DNA of 62,957 bases, filler included, from Perkinsus chesapeaki ATCC PRA-425 (lineage: Eukaryota > Protista > Perkinsozoa): the NCBI GenBank assembly GCA_013115145.1. It is 8 parts of 8 records of this genome, joined end to end, with 100 filler letters (N's around TTAATTAATTAA, not from the genome) between each part and the next. Parts side by side here need not be neighbours in the genome. Positions count along the whole stretch, not along the records: positions 1 to 9,484 come from JAAPAO010000935.1; positions 9,585 to 30,929 come from JAAPAO010000598.1; 6 more parts are not named here. One strand, given 5' to 3'. The stretch's first letter is position 1. Each line of letters starts with the position of its first letter. The position numbers were made by a program, and so were the translations under genes. The notes below the pieces were generated by a model that saw only the letters and a program-made list of their open reading frames with translations, did not search any database and had not been told where the DNA came from. Below, piece after piece: positions 1 to 10,000 of this stretch.

Positions 1-73
1 GAGGTGGTTTAGTATCGGCCACTTCAATATACCCTGGGAGGTGGTTTAGTATCGGCCACTTCAATATACCCTG
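1..73. repeat. 37-bp tandem direct repeat, 2 copies (cut by window edge)
   Basis: GAGGTGGTTTAGTATCGGCCACTTCAATATACCCTG at 1-36 and 38-73. Confidence 0.9.
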
Positions 74-956
74 AAAGCCAACCATTTCCTCAAGAAATGC
101 ATTCAACCCGCCCAGCTGACCGTCACACGTGTGTTGGGTTCGTTGGGAGTGGGAGCGAGTGAGTTCTGCTCATGGAGCTACGTTTACATGCAAAAAATAA
201 TCCAGAAATGGTCGAGGTCTTGACGCAAGCCGATACAGTGTATCTGCATCTAGGTACTGTATCTGATACAGTAGCTAAATCATTCAGGCTAAATGCGAAG
301 GCGTGCCGCGGAAGCTGTCCGATATTGACTGTCACTGGAAAACCCCTACTACATAGACCGAGCCTCAAGACAGAACAAGACAACAGGATATAGTCATCAT
401 CCGAATACGACTCTCCCGGCAACCAAAGCATACTATGCTCTTGCTGGAGTGCTATGCTCAGCATACTGCTCTGGACACTTCGCTCGGCTGTAAATATAGC
501 GGGTTTGAAAATGAGCTATCCGATGGTTCGGTTGATTAGGTCGGATGAAGTTGTGCCCGTTGCGTTGTCCACCAATAAACAGTAACTAATAGAACAATGA
601 ATGAATTCCGAGTATCAATACGACCAAAACAAAAGAATCGAACAGAATCCTCTACACTCCGCGTAATCAGATATGCACGCATGTGCATGGTCCCGAAGGA
701 ATGTATGCTGCGGATGTTTTCGGGATGGTATCGAGTCCATACTATGGACCACAATTTATAGGTGATTTACCGCGCTCCTTGACCTGACGTCTTGAGTGCT
801 CATATTAAAAACGTTGGACCTGCAACCGAGTCGGTTGAGCCGGCGCTCCAAGTTTCTCTTTTCCTGGTTAGCTCTACACGTGTGTCCTACCGTGGAAGTG
901 TACGCAAGCGCGACAGGGATACTGTTGCTCAAGCTTTACTAACCGTTTACTAACGG

Positions 957-3346
957 TTGATGGCATGTGCTGCAGCAATAGCACTGACTCCGTCGAGGCA
1001 TTTTCCGCGGTGGATATTCTTCGCTGCCCTCACCTCGTGGGTAGTCAAATCGTACAACCCTCCTTCCGTGGTTTGGACGGATTTGTCCTCTGAAGAAAAT
1101 GCCACAACCTACATGAACTCGATGCCTATCGGCAATGGAGGATTGGCAGCCAATGTATTTGTTGATACCAAACCAGAAGGCCCACCGAGATTTGGTCTTT
1201 TGATATCTGACCAACGCGCATGGAATGAAGCCGGCGAGCTCATGAAAGTAGGAAAAGTCACTTTCGACCTGTCACCAAGTCCATGGGACTCCAATATCTC
1301 GAGAACTTCATTTCAAATGGTGAGTGTCTCAGACTTCCCGCCATTTGTTTTGTGGAGGTTGCCAGCTTTTAGTTACTGAATGTAAGCATGGGAGCCGTCG
1401 TAATCGATATAGGTGATCCAGCAACTCGCATCACTTCGTACGTTGATGCCAACCATGACGTTCTGGTGGTAGATATGAGCTCTCCTCAAGGAGTCAGCAT
1501 TTCAACAACGGCTGAGCTGCTTCGTCCCGTCCCCTCGAGTTTTATTAGAGAGTTCGATTGCGTGACGTACAACATAAGTGCCGACTCTTACCTCCTCGGC
1601 GAGGGAACCGGTACGATTATTGGTTGGAGCCACCTTAACGATAATACTAATTTCACGGCACAGACTCTGACACAGCTGAATCTCGAGCATTTGTATGATA
1701 TGACGGAGGACAGGCTGCACCACAGACACACAGCTGCTGTCTGGAACTTTTCTGAGCCTATGAACGAAGTGTCAGAAGGGACCGTCAAGACAAGGGCAAG
1801 TGTTAAAACATTACGAGCAGTTATTGCCGTGGCTACCACCGAAACAGAGGCATCTACTAAGGCTCCTGAGGGTGCGATGACGCTTATTGGTGCTTATGAT
1901 CCAAAACCAGCGTGGCAGAACCATACTAATTGGTGGGAGAATTTCTGGAATACAAGTTGGATAGAGATATCTGGTGAAAAGGCTGAAGCAGTGAACGAGA
2001 AGTATACTTTACAGAGGTATATCCAAGCCGTACAGGCTCGACAACCATATCCTTTAAAGTTCAATGGTATGTTGTTCACTGCACAGCGAGACAATCCAGA
2101 CTACCGCAAATGGGGAGGAAGTAATTGGTGGCAAAACGCACGTATGCCATATTATAATATGCTTGTGAGCGGCGACTTTTCTATGCAAACAAGTTTGTTC
2201 AAGTCGTACCTGGCGACTCTTCCTTTTGCTATTGAAAAGACTAAGATATACTTCCCCGGCATGAAAGGCATAGCGGCTTACTGGGATGAATATGTCCACC
2301 CTTTGATTGGCACAACACATCCTTCGAAATACGGCTGTGACCGTGCAGGCAAAAGTGACCCCCCTATATGGTACTCCGATGATCCGTGGAATCATTATAA
2401 CCTTCAGGGGGCGCTAGACCTCAGCCTTCTCATGTTGGATCATTACGCCTGGACTGAAGATGATGAGACCTTGAAAGAGAACTTGGTCTTAATCGACTCC
2501 GTTATTAACTTTTACAGTCAATGGAGGACTACTAAAGATGACAATGGTAAAATTGTTTTATTCCCAACACAGTCCGTCGAGACATGGCAGTGCCCTGGTT
2601 ATGAGAACATGGTTGCTGGAGTGAACTGTACAAAGAATGACCAACCAACTATATCCGGTCTCTGGGCTGTTGTCACAAGACTCCTCAGGCTACCAGCGAG
2701 TCTCACTACTCCTGACCAACGTGCAAAATGGGAAGCCCTTTTATCTGCCCTTCCTGCTATACCTACTACTAAGTCTAGCGAAGGCGGCACAAAATTAGCA
2801 CCGTGCGAGGTTTGCTCGCCAGTTGCACTGAACGCTGAGAATGCTGATCTATATGCTGTTCATCCCTACCGGAATGTTACTGTGAAGTATGAATCTGAAT
2901 CGCACCTCCAATTAGCTAAAGTTGCATATGAGGAAAGGCGCTTCAAAACCGACTTGGGCTGGAACCAAAACGTGATGGATGCCGCTCTCATTGGCTTGGC
3001 TAGCGAGGCTGAAAGGATGGTTATCGAACGAGCATCCTACCGCCCGGCAAGGGGCTATCGATTCCCTGTTTTCGCTCCACACTTGCAAGACTACGCTCCA
3101 TCGGGTGACCACTATGCTGTAATGAACAATGCTATAGTCTACATGTTATTACAACCTATGGACGATGAGTTGCAGAACATGATCTTATTTCCTGCATGGC
3201 CATGTCACTGGAATGTTAGCTTCAAACTGTGGGGCCCGGGAAGGACTGTTCTCGAAGGGTCACTTATTAATGGTCATCTTGAAGGTTTCAAAGTCTATCC
3301 AGCTACCCGCGAACAAGCGGTTGTTATTCGAAGTTGTCAAATCTAG
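957..3346 (+). CDS. GH95-like / DUF5703-type six-hairpin glycoside hydrolase, two exons
   Basis: ORFs 957.. and 1388..3346 join in frame via GT-AG intron 1320-1372 (SFQM|LLNVSMGAVV). Motifs SMPIGNGGLAANV, DQRAWNE, KFNGMLFT, DYRKWG..WWQNARMPY. Confidence 0.75.
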
Positions 3347-4216
3347 TCTCCTGAAGAGAGAGGTCTTGACTATTGGTTGAACCGTCTGCTCATATTCTTG
3401 TTATGTCAACCACACACTTGTGCTGTCGTATTGGACGAGTCGTCGCGCGAGCCATGTGTCCTTAATCACACTCCAAGTTTCGTCTTGGGAATCGTGTTCG
3501 TAAATGTGGGTTGTCAGCTACGAAGCTGGTCTTCAAAGTGTCTAACGGAATCTAATTTACCAGAGAGGTTTATGTGCTCGCCCAATTGTTGTTCAGTTTG
3601 CTTGTGTTGTTCCAACGAGTTTCATGCGCAAGGAAGACTGGCCGTTTTACTGAGGTTGAAACCTTCGCGTCAGGGGACAGTGACACAAACAGCTGAAGCA
3701 CTCAAGCTAGTTATCCCGCGCCTCCTCAGCTCGTGTTTTGCTCGGGTCATATCGGCGCTCCAAGTGCACTTTCGCGCTGGCGAAGGATGCGGCTCTACCA
3801 CCATGTGAGCCTGCTCCTCCCCAGCCTTTTCTCAGTTTCCCTCATGCTCACTTCCCGCATAACGATTCTTTACCGACACGCGCGGGTTTGCCGTCACCTC
3901 AGCTTCTCGGCGTAACCCGCCACGGGGCATAACTATTCCTGTATCAGAGAGGTATAATCTCATGTTTCCCCGTCGGTTGATGTCCTTTGAGAACAACTCT
4001 TCAACCAAAGCTTGAAGTAGCTGTTTGACAATTTTTGTTGTGTTGGCGACACAGTGTCGTTTGCTTACTTGATGCGGTCAGTCTCTATCGCAATAATAGA
4101 ACTGTTCACCATTTTAATGTACAAATGTTCTGTCTGTCGATGTTCTGTTTTATGTTTTGTTTTTGGAGTTCTGTATATGTCGTGTATTTCTCTTTCAAAG
4201 TTAACACCTTTCCCTT

Positions 4217-5428
4217 ATGAGCGAAGTAGGTGCTGGGGCTCCTGCTGATGAAGTTTTGGAAGTCCTCCATTTGATTTGTGACTCGGATGTCACCGTGCAG
4301 AAGCTCTCTGACTTTCTGGTGTCTAGTCAAGTCACAAAGGCTAGAGCTCTTGCGTGTCTTGCTCCAGGCCTAATCGCTGCTGCTACATCGGCTATAACTC
4401 CACCCGAAGGGACAACGGCTAGCGTCTGGAAAGGAACCGTAGCTTCTTTATTGCAAGCAGCTCGAGAGGAAGCATCTGATCAGCTTAACCACAGAGTCCA
4501 GCAAGCTACTAGAGATATCCAGTCTAAATCGCCTGGGGTTCCAATCAGAGGGAACTCGAGAGGATCTCGCCACAGGCGTGTATTTGCGAAAGCTATGAAA
4601 TCTGTGGCTTCGAGGATTGGGAATACGGACTTTCCGACTTCGCTGGTCCCTCCTCAAAAAGTTCTGGAAGTTTTGTATCTCAATCCAGGAGCCTATATAG
4701 ATTTTGAGAAGTATTTCTTAAGTTCACCAGACCCTTCGTCTTCTGGTGGTTTCGAGGGGAGTCTGGCTGAAGATATGGAAGGAAATCCAGTCGTGGTTAA
4801 GAGTTTTCGTTCGTCGGACTCTACAGAGAAAGGAAAGCCGATGAAAAACTACAGCGCTAAATGGTCGAGGGCTTTCATCATTTATTCTCTGGCAGTACTG
4901 ATAATTCAGGACTGTCGCTGTACTACTTCCAAAGACTCTGTAGATTTGGGCTCCCCGACTGAATCTAGTGATGATGAGTCTTCAGATGAAGCCGATGATA
5001 AGTTATCTATTCTTGATATGTTGATGTTTTATGATCGAATTTTGTGGTATGCTGCAGAATATAATTGGTCAGTTGCATCTTTGGTGGACAAAACTATTCG
5101 GCAAGCCATCGATTCAGCCTGCCGGAGTGGTACTAAGTCCTTAGCGCAGTGCTACCAATCATTTGATCTGTGGTCTGGCAAAGCTTCGGAAGCAGTTGGT
5201 CTGGCAATGAATTCTCAGACTTTTTATCGCTCGAAGGGCTCTCCGCACCAGGAATCAACTACACAAGCAACCTCTTCATTTCGGGGGACCTCTCAAAGTC
5301 AGCGTCCATTCAATCCTTCCAAGCAAGGAACAAAGAGAGTATTCGAAAGCAGGGGTTTTACTCAGCCTCCTCCTCCTCCTAAGCAGTCTTCTGCGGGTTC
5401 CTTCCGTTCCGAGTTTTCTCACAAATAA
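4217..5428 (+). CDS. gag-like ORF1 of YR retrotransposon
   Basis: 403-aa ORF directly upstream of RT ORF, S/Q/P-rich C-terminus; assigned by position. Confidence 0.7.
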   Translation: MSEVGAGAPADEVLEVLHLICDSDVTVQKLSDFLVSSQVTKARALACLAPGLIAAATSAITPPEGTTASVWKGTVASLLQAAREEASDQLNHRVQQATRDIQSKSPGVPIRGNSRGSRHRRVFAKAMKSVASRIGNTDFPTSLVPPQKVLEVLYLNPGAYIDFEKYFLSSPDPSSSGGFEGSLAEDMEGNPVVVKSFRSSDSTEKGKPMKNYSAKWSRAFIIYSLAVLIIQDCRCTTSKDSVDLGSPTESSDDESSDEADDKLSILDMLMFYDRILWYAAEYNWSVASLVDKTIRQAIDSACRSGTKSLAQCYQSFDLWSGKASEAVGLAMNSQTFYRSKGSPHQESTTQATSSFRGTSQSQRPFNPSKQGTKRVFESRGFTQPPPPPKQSSAGSFRSEFSHK

Positions 5429-5816
5429 AGAGCTGACTAATAGTTTGAAACTATTATTGCATTTTGTGGCTGTTCTTTCTGTTTTTATTATTGTATTTCT
5501 AGCCTGATATTTTCCAATTTTTCCTCTTTGGTTATTTGCTTATTCTTGGTTCAACTTTAGATATATTTTTTTTAGCTTGTCAGAAATGTTAATCTGTATG
5601 AAAGTTAGTAGGTCTACTTAGATATTATGATCTGAGTTATTTTATGATAGTCTAATAGATGTTTGATCTGACAATACTGAGAAGGTTGCACTGATGATAT
5701 CGGTCCAATGTATACTGGGTTTAAAATTCAGTAATTTTTTTTTCCATGATAATCTGTATTTTGCTTTTAGTTACATTTTCTTTTGTTTGTTGCTTCCATT
5801 TGTTGGTTACGCTCTT

Positions 5817-8105
5817 ATGCCTAAACGTGGAATCAGAAGTCATACCAGTATTCTCACTCGCCGTAAGCGTTATTCTGCTAATAAGAGAGCTCGTGAATTA
5901 CTAACAAGTCCTCCGGATGGTGTTCAGGATTACGAGATTAGCGATGTCGGCCATACATTAGTTGATATAACAAGCTATATTGATTTTCTCACCGATCTAG
6001 GGAAAGAACATCTAGCTTCTACTAATGCTGATCCTCTGCGCGATGGTACTGGTTTGAATGCTCTATTGCCCAGTCAGCATCTCACAAATGCTCTTTACTC
6101 TTTGCCTGAGGTCGCCAAAGACGTCACAAATGTTTTTGTTAAATCGGTGGAAAATAACAATCTTGTGGATTTTGTTGGTCGTTTGAAGGGCTCGCCGACC
6201 GAGAAGGAGGTAAAAGTGCTTGAGCAGAGATTTGGTGATGCAGCTCAGCAGTGTCGAAGCTCTTTAGCTAAGATCTTGCATTGTTCTACGAGAAAATCTC
6301 AGTGTGGTGCTTCCATTCGATCTGATATACTCCGAAACCTTATTTCAGCTTTACATGATCCAGATTCATCATTGTCTTCTGAAGTTGATGCAGGAGTTTC
6401 GCTTGGTATAAGCCAGCCTTTACGTAAGACGGGGATCTTCCCTCCATACACGAAGAAGCGTGATGCCGAAGAGCTTCAACTTCTTCGTCTTCATCAGCTT
6501 GCCAATTATACCTCTGCAAGTGAAGATGCTTCGATTATTGAAGATATTATATCGAAGGAAATTCGCCTGGGCCGAATGAAACCACTCTCGCTGGATGAGG
6601 CTAATGATCCTTCTAGAGTTTATGCGAAAATGGCATTGATCAAGAAGATTGGTTCGGCATCTTCTAAGCCTAAATATCGCATTGTCGAAGATTACCGTCG
6701 GAATGGTTTGAACTCACGAATGCATGCAGAGGAGACAGTTTCTTTACCGAGACTCCGTGATGTCCAAGAGTGCCTTCGTGATTTACTATACTATACGAAA
6801 AGTGTTGATTCCCGTGTTATAGATTGTCAAGCCAGACATCTAATGTTCTTTAGCTATGATATTGCTTCTGCTTTCAGAAACTTATTTGTATGTCCGTCTG
6901 ACGGTCGTTGTTTATGTGTGTACGCGAATGGCAAGGCGTACCAGCATGTCGCCTTGCCATTCGGAGTAAAATTAGCCCCTTATCATTGGTGCAGATTTGC
7001 AGCGTGTGTTGTACGTCTTATACGAAAAGTTATCCAAAGCGTATTCCCTGACACTCCATTTATTAATATGATTTACGTCGATGATGGATTTATGGTTTTT
7101 CCGGAATCAATTTATAATATGTGTGTATGCTTGTGTCTTCTTGTCTGGAGAGTATTGGATGTTAACCTTTCCTGGGAAAAGTGTATTTTCCACGAGACCT
7201 CTGACCAATACATAGGTTTTGTTTTCTCCATTGCTAAGGATGAGCTACATGTTAGTATTCGGGAAGGTATTATGTCTAAAGCTAGAGAGCAAGTTGTTCA
7301 ACTCTTACAACAACGTTTAGTTACAAGATCGTCACTTGCCAAATTGGCTGGTCGCCTTATCTTTGTTACTCAGTTAGCACCTTATTTACGCAGTTTTCTG
7401 CAACCTTATTTTGCTTCTCTCAGTGTAATCGAACGGATATCTTTACGTACTTTACGACTCTCTAGTAATTCTGCTACGTTCCAAGTTTCCCAATTCTGGC
7501 TATTGATCCTTCAATCCTCTACGCTTCGTATTTCTATTAATATCGACTATGGTCCTTCGTCATCTTCTATTCATTTGATTGCTTGTTCAGATGCTAGCAT
7601 CCTGGGTCTTGGTGGTTTCGTGTCCTACTCGTCGACAGGCTGCTTCTTCTCTTACTCGGTTTCTGCTACTACTCTCGGTCCATGGACTCAGTTTTTACGT
7701 CAACCAGGCTCCGTTTGTAGCTCTGACATGACGTTGTTAGAATTATTAGCGGCGTGTGCTACAATCCAAGCATCAATGTCTCTATTGGGTCCATCGTTAC
7801 GCTCTGCTCAATCACATCCCATTGTTCTCCATTTATTCTCAGATAATCAATCTGCTGTAGCAGCGCTTTCCAAACTTTATTCTCGGAGTCCAGTTCTCTC
7901 TTCAGTCCTTCGTTGTTTAGCCCGTCTGTTGTTTTGCTCTTCTTTTATTCTGGATGTAGTTTATTTGAAGGGCTCTACGAATTGGCTTGCGGATGCACTT
8001 TCTCGACAAATCCCGGTTGATGTACCTTCGACTTGGACTCAAGCCTCCATTGATATCTACTTTCGAGATCTAATGACCACAGCAAATTTTGTTGCTATCG
8101 AGTGA
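5817..8105 (+). CDS. Reverse transcriptase / RNase H (DIRS-type)
   Basis: YDIASAF, LPFG, YVDD; RNase H CSDAS, LLELLA, SDNQSA, NWLADALSR. ATG 5817 preferred over 5694 because the extension is T-rich and looks non-coding. Confidence 0.93.
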   Translation: MPKRGIRSHTSILTRRKRYSANKRARELLTSPPDGVQDYEISDVGHTLVDITSYIDFLTDLGKEHLASTNADPLRDGTGLNALLPSQHLTNALYSLPEVAKDVTNVFVKSVENNNLVDFVGRLKGSPTEKEVKVLEQRFGDAAQQCRSSLAKILHCSTRKSQCGASIRSDILRNLISALHDPDSSLSSEVDAGVSLGISQPLRKTGIFPPYTKKRDAEELQLLRLHQLANYTSASEDASIIEDIISKEIRLGRMKPLSLDEANDPSRVYAKMALIKKIGSASSKPKYRIVEDYRRNGLNSRMHAEETVSLPRLRDVQECLRDLLYYTKSVDSRVIDCQARHLMFFSYDIASAFRNLFVCPSDGRCLCVYANGKAYQHVALPFGVKLAPYHWCRFAACVVRLIRKVIQSVFPDTPFINMIYVDDGFMVFPESIYNMCVCLCLLVWRVLDVNLSWEKCIFHETSDQYIGFVFSIAKDELHVSIREGIMSKAREQVVQLLQQRLVTRSSLAKLAGRLIFVTQLAPYLRSFLQPYFASLSVIERISLRTLRLSSNSATFQVSQFWLLILQSSTLRISINIDYGPSSSSIHLIACSDASILGLGGFVSYSSTGCFFSYSVSATTLGPWTQFLRQPGSVCSSDMTLLELLAACATIQASMSLLGPSLRSAQSHPIVLHLFSDNQSAVAALSKLYSRSPVLSSVLRCLARLLFCSSFILDVVYLKGSTNWLADALSRQIPVDVPSTWTQASIDIYFRDLMTTANFVAIE

Positions 8106-8226
8106 GCCTACTAATAGTCTCTCCTGCTTCAAGCAATACTCGAGCTACCTTAATTCACAGTCTGTAACTCTTAGTCCCGTAAGTAAACTGGTTGTTGTAT
8201 GAATAGGTATCTTTCTCTTTTAACTC

Positions 8227-9324
8227 ATGGTTGATTGGAAGTGCCTACCATCCCTTCGCTGGCAGCCTCTCCCCAGCTTCGCTACGTGCACTAAGTTGTA
8301 CCACGTACCAACTGCAAAGGCACCCCTAGACCGGACGCAAAATACACGAGGTTCTAAAAGCTCAAAGCGCAGCAAGGCAAAGCATTTTCTACATGGTTCT
8401 ATCTCGTCCCGCGAAGTGTCTGCCTTTTGCCTATCTGGTTACTCAAAGGGGACGTTATCACAAATGAAGTCGGCATGGAACCTCTATCTAAATGTCACAG
8501 CCGCCGCATCTGTGGCGCCACTACCTCTTTCTCGTTTGTCTCTATGTTCCTTCGTTTGCGCTATGACCAAGGCGGACTACGCTTACAACTCGGTCCTGCG
8601 TTATCTGACCCACGTCAAGAACAAAGCAAGTATATCTGGGTATAAGTCGGCGCCCACCACTGATTTTTGGGTTACTTTGGCTCTACGAGCTTCGGGCAAG
8701 CTCCTCGGAAAAGGCACAGTCCTTCGTGCCCACACTCTAACCATCGAGCAGGTGCCTTCCATTTTGGAAAAGCTCAACGAAGCCCACGCCACTATGTTTC
8801 TTCTTGGCACCGTAGCCCTACTACGTATCAGTGAGCTACAACGTGTGCAAGTTCAAGACATCGTCTTCACTTCAACCGGAATCCATCTTCGGATCCCACG
8901 AAGCAAGACTGATCAATGCGCATCAGGGCGCGTAGTTCCTCTGGTTTGCCTTAGTTCTTCCTTTAGTTCTTCTAAAAGATGCACCTCTAACTTATGCGTC
9001 CCTCACGCCCTCAAGCACTGGCTCGACAGCTCGCCAGATCTCTCCGCCAGCAGCAACCTCTTCACCAAGGAACAGTCAAATTCCTTTCCAATGTCCCTCA
9101 GCGACGCCCTTTTCGACTTACTGGGCAACCGCCCGCGCTGTACGACCCATTGCATGCGCCGGTCGGGGGCCTTGATCGCCTTCCGTCGAGGAATGCCATT
9201 AGAGGAAATAGCCCTTCTAGGGCGGTGGTCGGGTACTCAAACTTTGGTCGACAACTACCTTCGTGACGCGACCGATGAGCTCTCTCAAATCTCCAAACAA
9301 GTATTTAAAGTCTGGCGTACCTAA
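8227..9324 (+). CDS. Tyrosine recombinase of retroelement
   Basis: LLRISEL (R), PRSKTDQ (K), HCMRRSGA (HxxR), LGRWS, DNYLRD (Y). Confidence 0.92.
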   Translation: MVDWKCLPSLRWQPLPSFATCTKLYHVPTAKAPLDRTQNTRGSKSSKRSKAKHFLHGSISSREVSAFCLSGYSKGTLSQMKSAWNLYLNVTAAASVAPLPLSRLSLCSFVCAMTKADYAYNSVLRYLTHVKNKASISGYKSAPTTDFWVTLALRASGKLLGKGTVLRAHTLTIEQVPSILEKLNEAHATMFLLGTVALLRISELQRVQVQDIVFTSTGIHLRIPRSKTDQCASGRVVPLVCLSSSFSSSKRCTSNLCVPHALKHWLDSSPDLSASSNLFTKEQSNSFPMSLSDALFDLLGNRPRCTTHCMRRSGALIAFRRGMPLEEIALLGRWSGTQTLVDNYLRDATDELSQISKQVFKVWRT

Positions 9325-9484
9325 ACGGTGAGTCGGGAGGTCGGGGTCACTATCGTCGTCGCGCAGGACGCGCACCGCTCCCTCTACCACCGTATCGGCG
9401 TGACAGGGAGTTGGGTGCAAACAGGCTCGCGCGCCCAGCGCTCCGCTCCGGCGGTTCCATGTCTGCGAGACCCTTGGATTCCGC

Positions 9485-9584
9485 NNNNNNNNNNNNNNNN
9501 NNNNNNNNNNNNNNNNNNNNNNNNNNNNTTAATTAATTAANNNNNNNNNNNNNNNNNNNNNNNNNNNNNNNNNNNNNNNNNNNN
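9485..9584. other. Artificial contig spacer
   Basis: N44-TTAATTAATTAA-N44, stops in all six frames. Confidence 0.97.
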
Positions 9585-9847
9585 GTGAAGGCATAAAGAT
9601 AATATATAAATGTAATGAGGAAGTGAAGGCATAAAGATAATATATAAATGTAATGAGGAAGTGAAGGCATAAAGATAATATATAAATGTAATGAGGAAGT
9701 GGAGGCATAAAGATAATATATAAATGTAATGAGGAAGTGAAGGCATAAAGATAATATATAAATGTAATGAGGAAGTGAAGGCATAAAGATAATATATAAA
9801 TGTAATGAGGAAGTGAAGGCATAAAGATAATATATAAATGTAATGAG
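9585..9847. repeat. 38-bp minisatellite, about 7 copies, at contig end
   Basis: Unit GTGAAGGCATAAAGATAATATATAAATGTAATGAGGAA head-to-tail, one GTGGAG variant, no spacers. Confidence 0.95.
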
Positions 9848-10000
9848 TCATGGAGTAATATACGGATCGTACTAGTAGCAAGCTTCTTAAGCTCCTTTAG
9901 TTTCTTAGAGTCGTTGGCCAGTACAGAATCAGCCAGACCTGTCTCCTTCAATAACTGATCAAGATCACAACACTCGACCTCAATGGTATGAAAGGAGTAG

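Larger units (their letters stand above)
4217..9324 (+). mobile_element. Intact DIRS/Ngaro-like tyrosine-recombinase retrotransposon (gag, RT/RNaseH, YR); termini unresolved
   Basis: Three uninterrupted co-oriented ORFs with RT, RNase H and YR catalytic motifs; no methyltransferase after RNase H. Confidence 0.9.

Noticed and set aside
1-73. CRISPR repeat or spliced-leader gene
   Set aside because: Two abutting copies only; no match to the CCGTAGCCAT(C/T)TTGGCTCAAG leader, which I did not see anywhere in the window
3350-4216. Terminal repeats of the first YR element
   Set aside because: Only matches of about 10 nt to 9325-9484 in either orientation; compatible with chance
5380-5840. gag-RT intron in the first YR element
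   Set aside because: An acceptor exists at 5770, but donors are weak, the fused sequence would be hydrophobic and T-rich, and the RT ORF has its own ATG
9585-9847. CRISPR array
   Set aside because: 38-bp units are head-to-tail with no unique spacers, no cas genes, and the DNA is eukaryotic
9529-9951. Repetitive ORFs in the track (also near 30982, 34727, 45492, 53670, 60990)
   Set aside because: They translate satellites or run into N spacers
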